DNA from: Azolla caroliniana
Taxonomy: Eukaryota > Plantae > Polypodiophyta
NCBI GenBank assembly: GCA_043228905.1
Contig: JBHGNT010001378.1
Location: forward strand, 1 to 9,251
Direction of reading: 5' to 3'
DNA: 9,251 nucleotides
The position numbers were made by a program, and so were the translations under genes. Positions 7,236 through 9,251 of this stretch are shown here, piece by piece. Within the stretch, counting starts at the first letter, position 1; each line of letters opens with the position of its first letter. The notes below the pieces were generated by a model. It saw only the letters and a program-made list of their open reading frames with translations, did not search any database and had not been told where the DNA came from.

Positions 7236-8239
7236 ACACTTATAACCCTTATGTTCGTCTGAGTACCCAACCAAGATACACTACACTTCTCGTCTTTGGT
7301 GTCCATCTTTTTGGGTTTCTCCTTCGGCGCATGCATATATGTGATGCTACCGAAAACCCTCAAGTGTGCCAAGTTCGACTTCTTCTTGAAGTACAACTCA
7401 TGTGGCGACACTCCTCCATTGGCAGATGCCTGATTTTGGAGGTAGACGGTTGTTCTGATTGCTTCGGCAGATGCTTCTCTACAAGCATTGCCCTTGTCGC
7501 CTCCTCTATCGTCCGGTTCTTCCTCTCAGCCACGCCGTTCTGCTGCAATGTGTATCTACATGAGAATTCTTGTCGAATTCCCTCCTTCTATAGATAACTC
7601 GAGAACTGGTCGGAGAAGTACTCCTTCATGCCATCAGGCCTTAGACACTTGATCTTTCACCTGGTTTCCCTTTCTGCAAGGCTGTTCACCTTCAGGAAAC
7701 ACGCGAAGACTTCCCTCTTTTTCGCGATTAAGCACGCCCAAGTGTGCCGAGTGAAGTCATTGATGAAGGTTACGAAGTATCAGCTTCGATGCTCCCGTTC
7801 TGTGCTGGTCCCCATACATCCGAATGGATCACATCAAGCAGATTTCGGCTTCGATTACGCTCGCTGGGGAATGGAAGTTGGTGCTGCTTCCCGAGCTAGG
7901 AGGCTTCGCAGACTTGGCTGTTCTAGCCACTAAATTTCAGCAATCCAAAAACAATGTTCTTTGTCTACATTTCATGAAGCCACGGGAAGTTAACATGGCC
8001 GAACCGCTTGTGCCATAGGTCGATGTCCGACTCGACCTTCTGTCCTTTCGCAAACAATGCAGTTCTGACTTCGTTGGTGTTGAGGATGAACATCCTCCCT
8101 TCTCGATGCCCTTGCGCAATGACTTTCCCCTCTTCTTCTATGTAGCAACCGAGATGCTTGATTCGAACTTGTATCCCCTGGTCGACGATCTGTCCGACCG
8201 ACACCAAGTTCTTCGTTATTATCGGGACGTGTAGCACAT
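7236..8239 (-). pseudogene. pol: Copia protease C-part, GAG-pre-integrase and integrase, disrupted
   Basis: Motifs LHVP..TKNLVSVGQ, LWHKRFGH, CEAS (second Cys lost), IHSDVWGP, YFVTFINDFTR, RPDG, QNGVAERKNRT, LRVFGS, LVGYSDEHKGYKC. Multiple stops and frameshifts. Confidence 0.93.
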
Positions 8240-8479
8240 TGTCGCGGTATTCCACGAGCGCGTGTAGGATCTGAGGCGGGACCACAGGGGTCTTGGACTA
8301 GGGAGTAGAGGAGAAGGAATAAGACACAAAATGGAAGCTTAGCTCAAGAGGAGAAGAGGAAGAATAGCACAGAAACATAGAATATAATAGATGGAGGCAA
8401 GATACACAACAAGTTATATTAAGATGCCATGAACGATTACAACCAAGACCGCATAGGACGCACCAAAACGATTACAAGA

Positions 8480-8567
8480 AAACCCTAATCGGATAAGTAA
8501 ACAAAGAAGCATAGAAACCCAAGAAGAAAACCCTAGAAGAAACCCTAAAACCCCTAAAAGAACCCTC
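8480..8567. repeat. Cluster of telo-box-like AAACCCTA motifs in the solo LTR
   Basis: AAACCCTAA at 8480, AAACCCTAG at 8528, AAACCCTAA at 8540, variants at 8515, 8548 and 8561. Confidence 0.65.
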
Positions 8568-8731
8568 GACCTAAGTGGTATACCTCTCTCACTCAAAATA
8601 GGCAACCCCTTCACAAGTGACCCCTCACTCCCTTTTATAGTAGTAAGGGGTGAGCACATTACAAGAGGGAGTCAAATCCCCTTTCCTTTAATGGGGAATA
8701 TCTCCCTTGATCTTAAATCGGTGGGCCTTAA

Positions 8732-8746
8732 CTCTCTCTCTCTCTC
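8732..8746. repeat. (CT)7/(GA)7 microsatellite
   Basis: CTCTCTCTCTCTCTC read directly. Confidence 0.85.
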
Positions 8747-8981
8747 CTATCATATTTACTCTCAATGCCCACTACTCATTCTACTCTACAAAGTGCATAT
8801 CACATTTATGCCTCTATGAACTTCATGGTGCACCTTTAGCACCTTAGATTATTACCCTTCCCCTTTAAATTTTGTTATCTTATTCTCATCATACAAATTT
8901 ACAAGTGCATGTGCAATGTTGCACATCCCCATTTATTTGTCCCTCTCGGTTTTCTCACCGTAGCCGGAAATTTTCACGACA

Positions 8982-9251
8982 ACGTTCATGAGTTTCCCTT
9001 TCTGCCCGACGTGGCCGAGGGGAACTTCACCGACATGTTCGATGGTATGCGGAGTGTCGTCTCCAATTTTGAACACTCCTTGTTTTTCCAGTTTCTCCAA
9101 GTACGAGAACCATTCCTCGTGACTCATCATATGATTTGACGCTCCGGAGTCAACATACCACACCTCGTTCGGTTTTGAGGTGTTCACCTCCATCGAATTG
9201 GCCTTGTGCTTCATTATGAAGGCTGGGCCCGATCCATTTTCTGCTCATTCG
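8982..9251 (-). pseudogene. pol: Copia aspartic protease N-part
   Basis: VWYVDSGASNHM (DSG at 9151-9143), IGDD and HVGEVPL, interrupted after KLMNV by the solo LTR. Confidence 0.93.

Larger units (their letters stand above)
8240..8981 (-). mobile_element. Solo LTR (742 bp, probably Gypsy-type) nested in the Copia pol
   Basis: Termini TGTCGCG...CACGACA. Flanks ACAT (8236-8239) and ACGT (8982-8985) form a 4-bp TSD with one transition. Excision restores MNVLHVP in frame. CTATAAAAGG on the minus strand (8633-8639) gives the orientation. No internal coding domains. Confidence 0.88.
4832..9251 (-). mobile_element. Ty1/Copia LTR retrotransposon, decayed; gag, PBS and 5' LTR lie beyond the right edge
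   Basis: Minus-strand domain order PR-GAGpre-INT-RT-RNaseH, then PPT and a TGTTGA LTR start. The left boundary is uncertain (4832 or 4304). Confidence 0.93.

Overview
This is eukaryotic, almost certainly plant (probably non-seed plant), transposon-dense DNA. It contains no prokaryotic features and no confidently identifiable host gene. (1) Positions 1-3872 (+) are the 3' part of a Ty3/Gypsy chromovirus (Tcn1/Galadriel-like, group I chromodomain). Its PR-RT-RH-INT-CHD pol is lightly damaged and is followed by a PPT and a 461-bp 3' LTR. That LTR carries an antisense tRNA-derived A/B-box cassette and a dense heat-shock-element-like array next to its TATA box. (2) Positions 3873-4831 are a spacer with a possible coding remnant and an LTR-like segment. 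(3) Positions ~4832-9251 (-) are a more decayed Ty1/Copia element (PR-INT-RT-RH). It has a large INT-RT linker deletion with an apparent templated filler, a charged reading-frame extension after RNase H, three PPT-like motifs and a hairpin-rich 3' LTR. (4) Positions 8240-8981 are a 742-bp solo LTR nested in the Copia pol, with a 4-bp TSD whose removal exactly restores the Copia frame. The most notable signal is the combination of a tRNA-like Pol III cassette and an HSE array inside the chromovirus LTR. All family and lineage assignments come from motif recognition, not from database searches.
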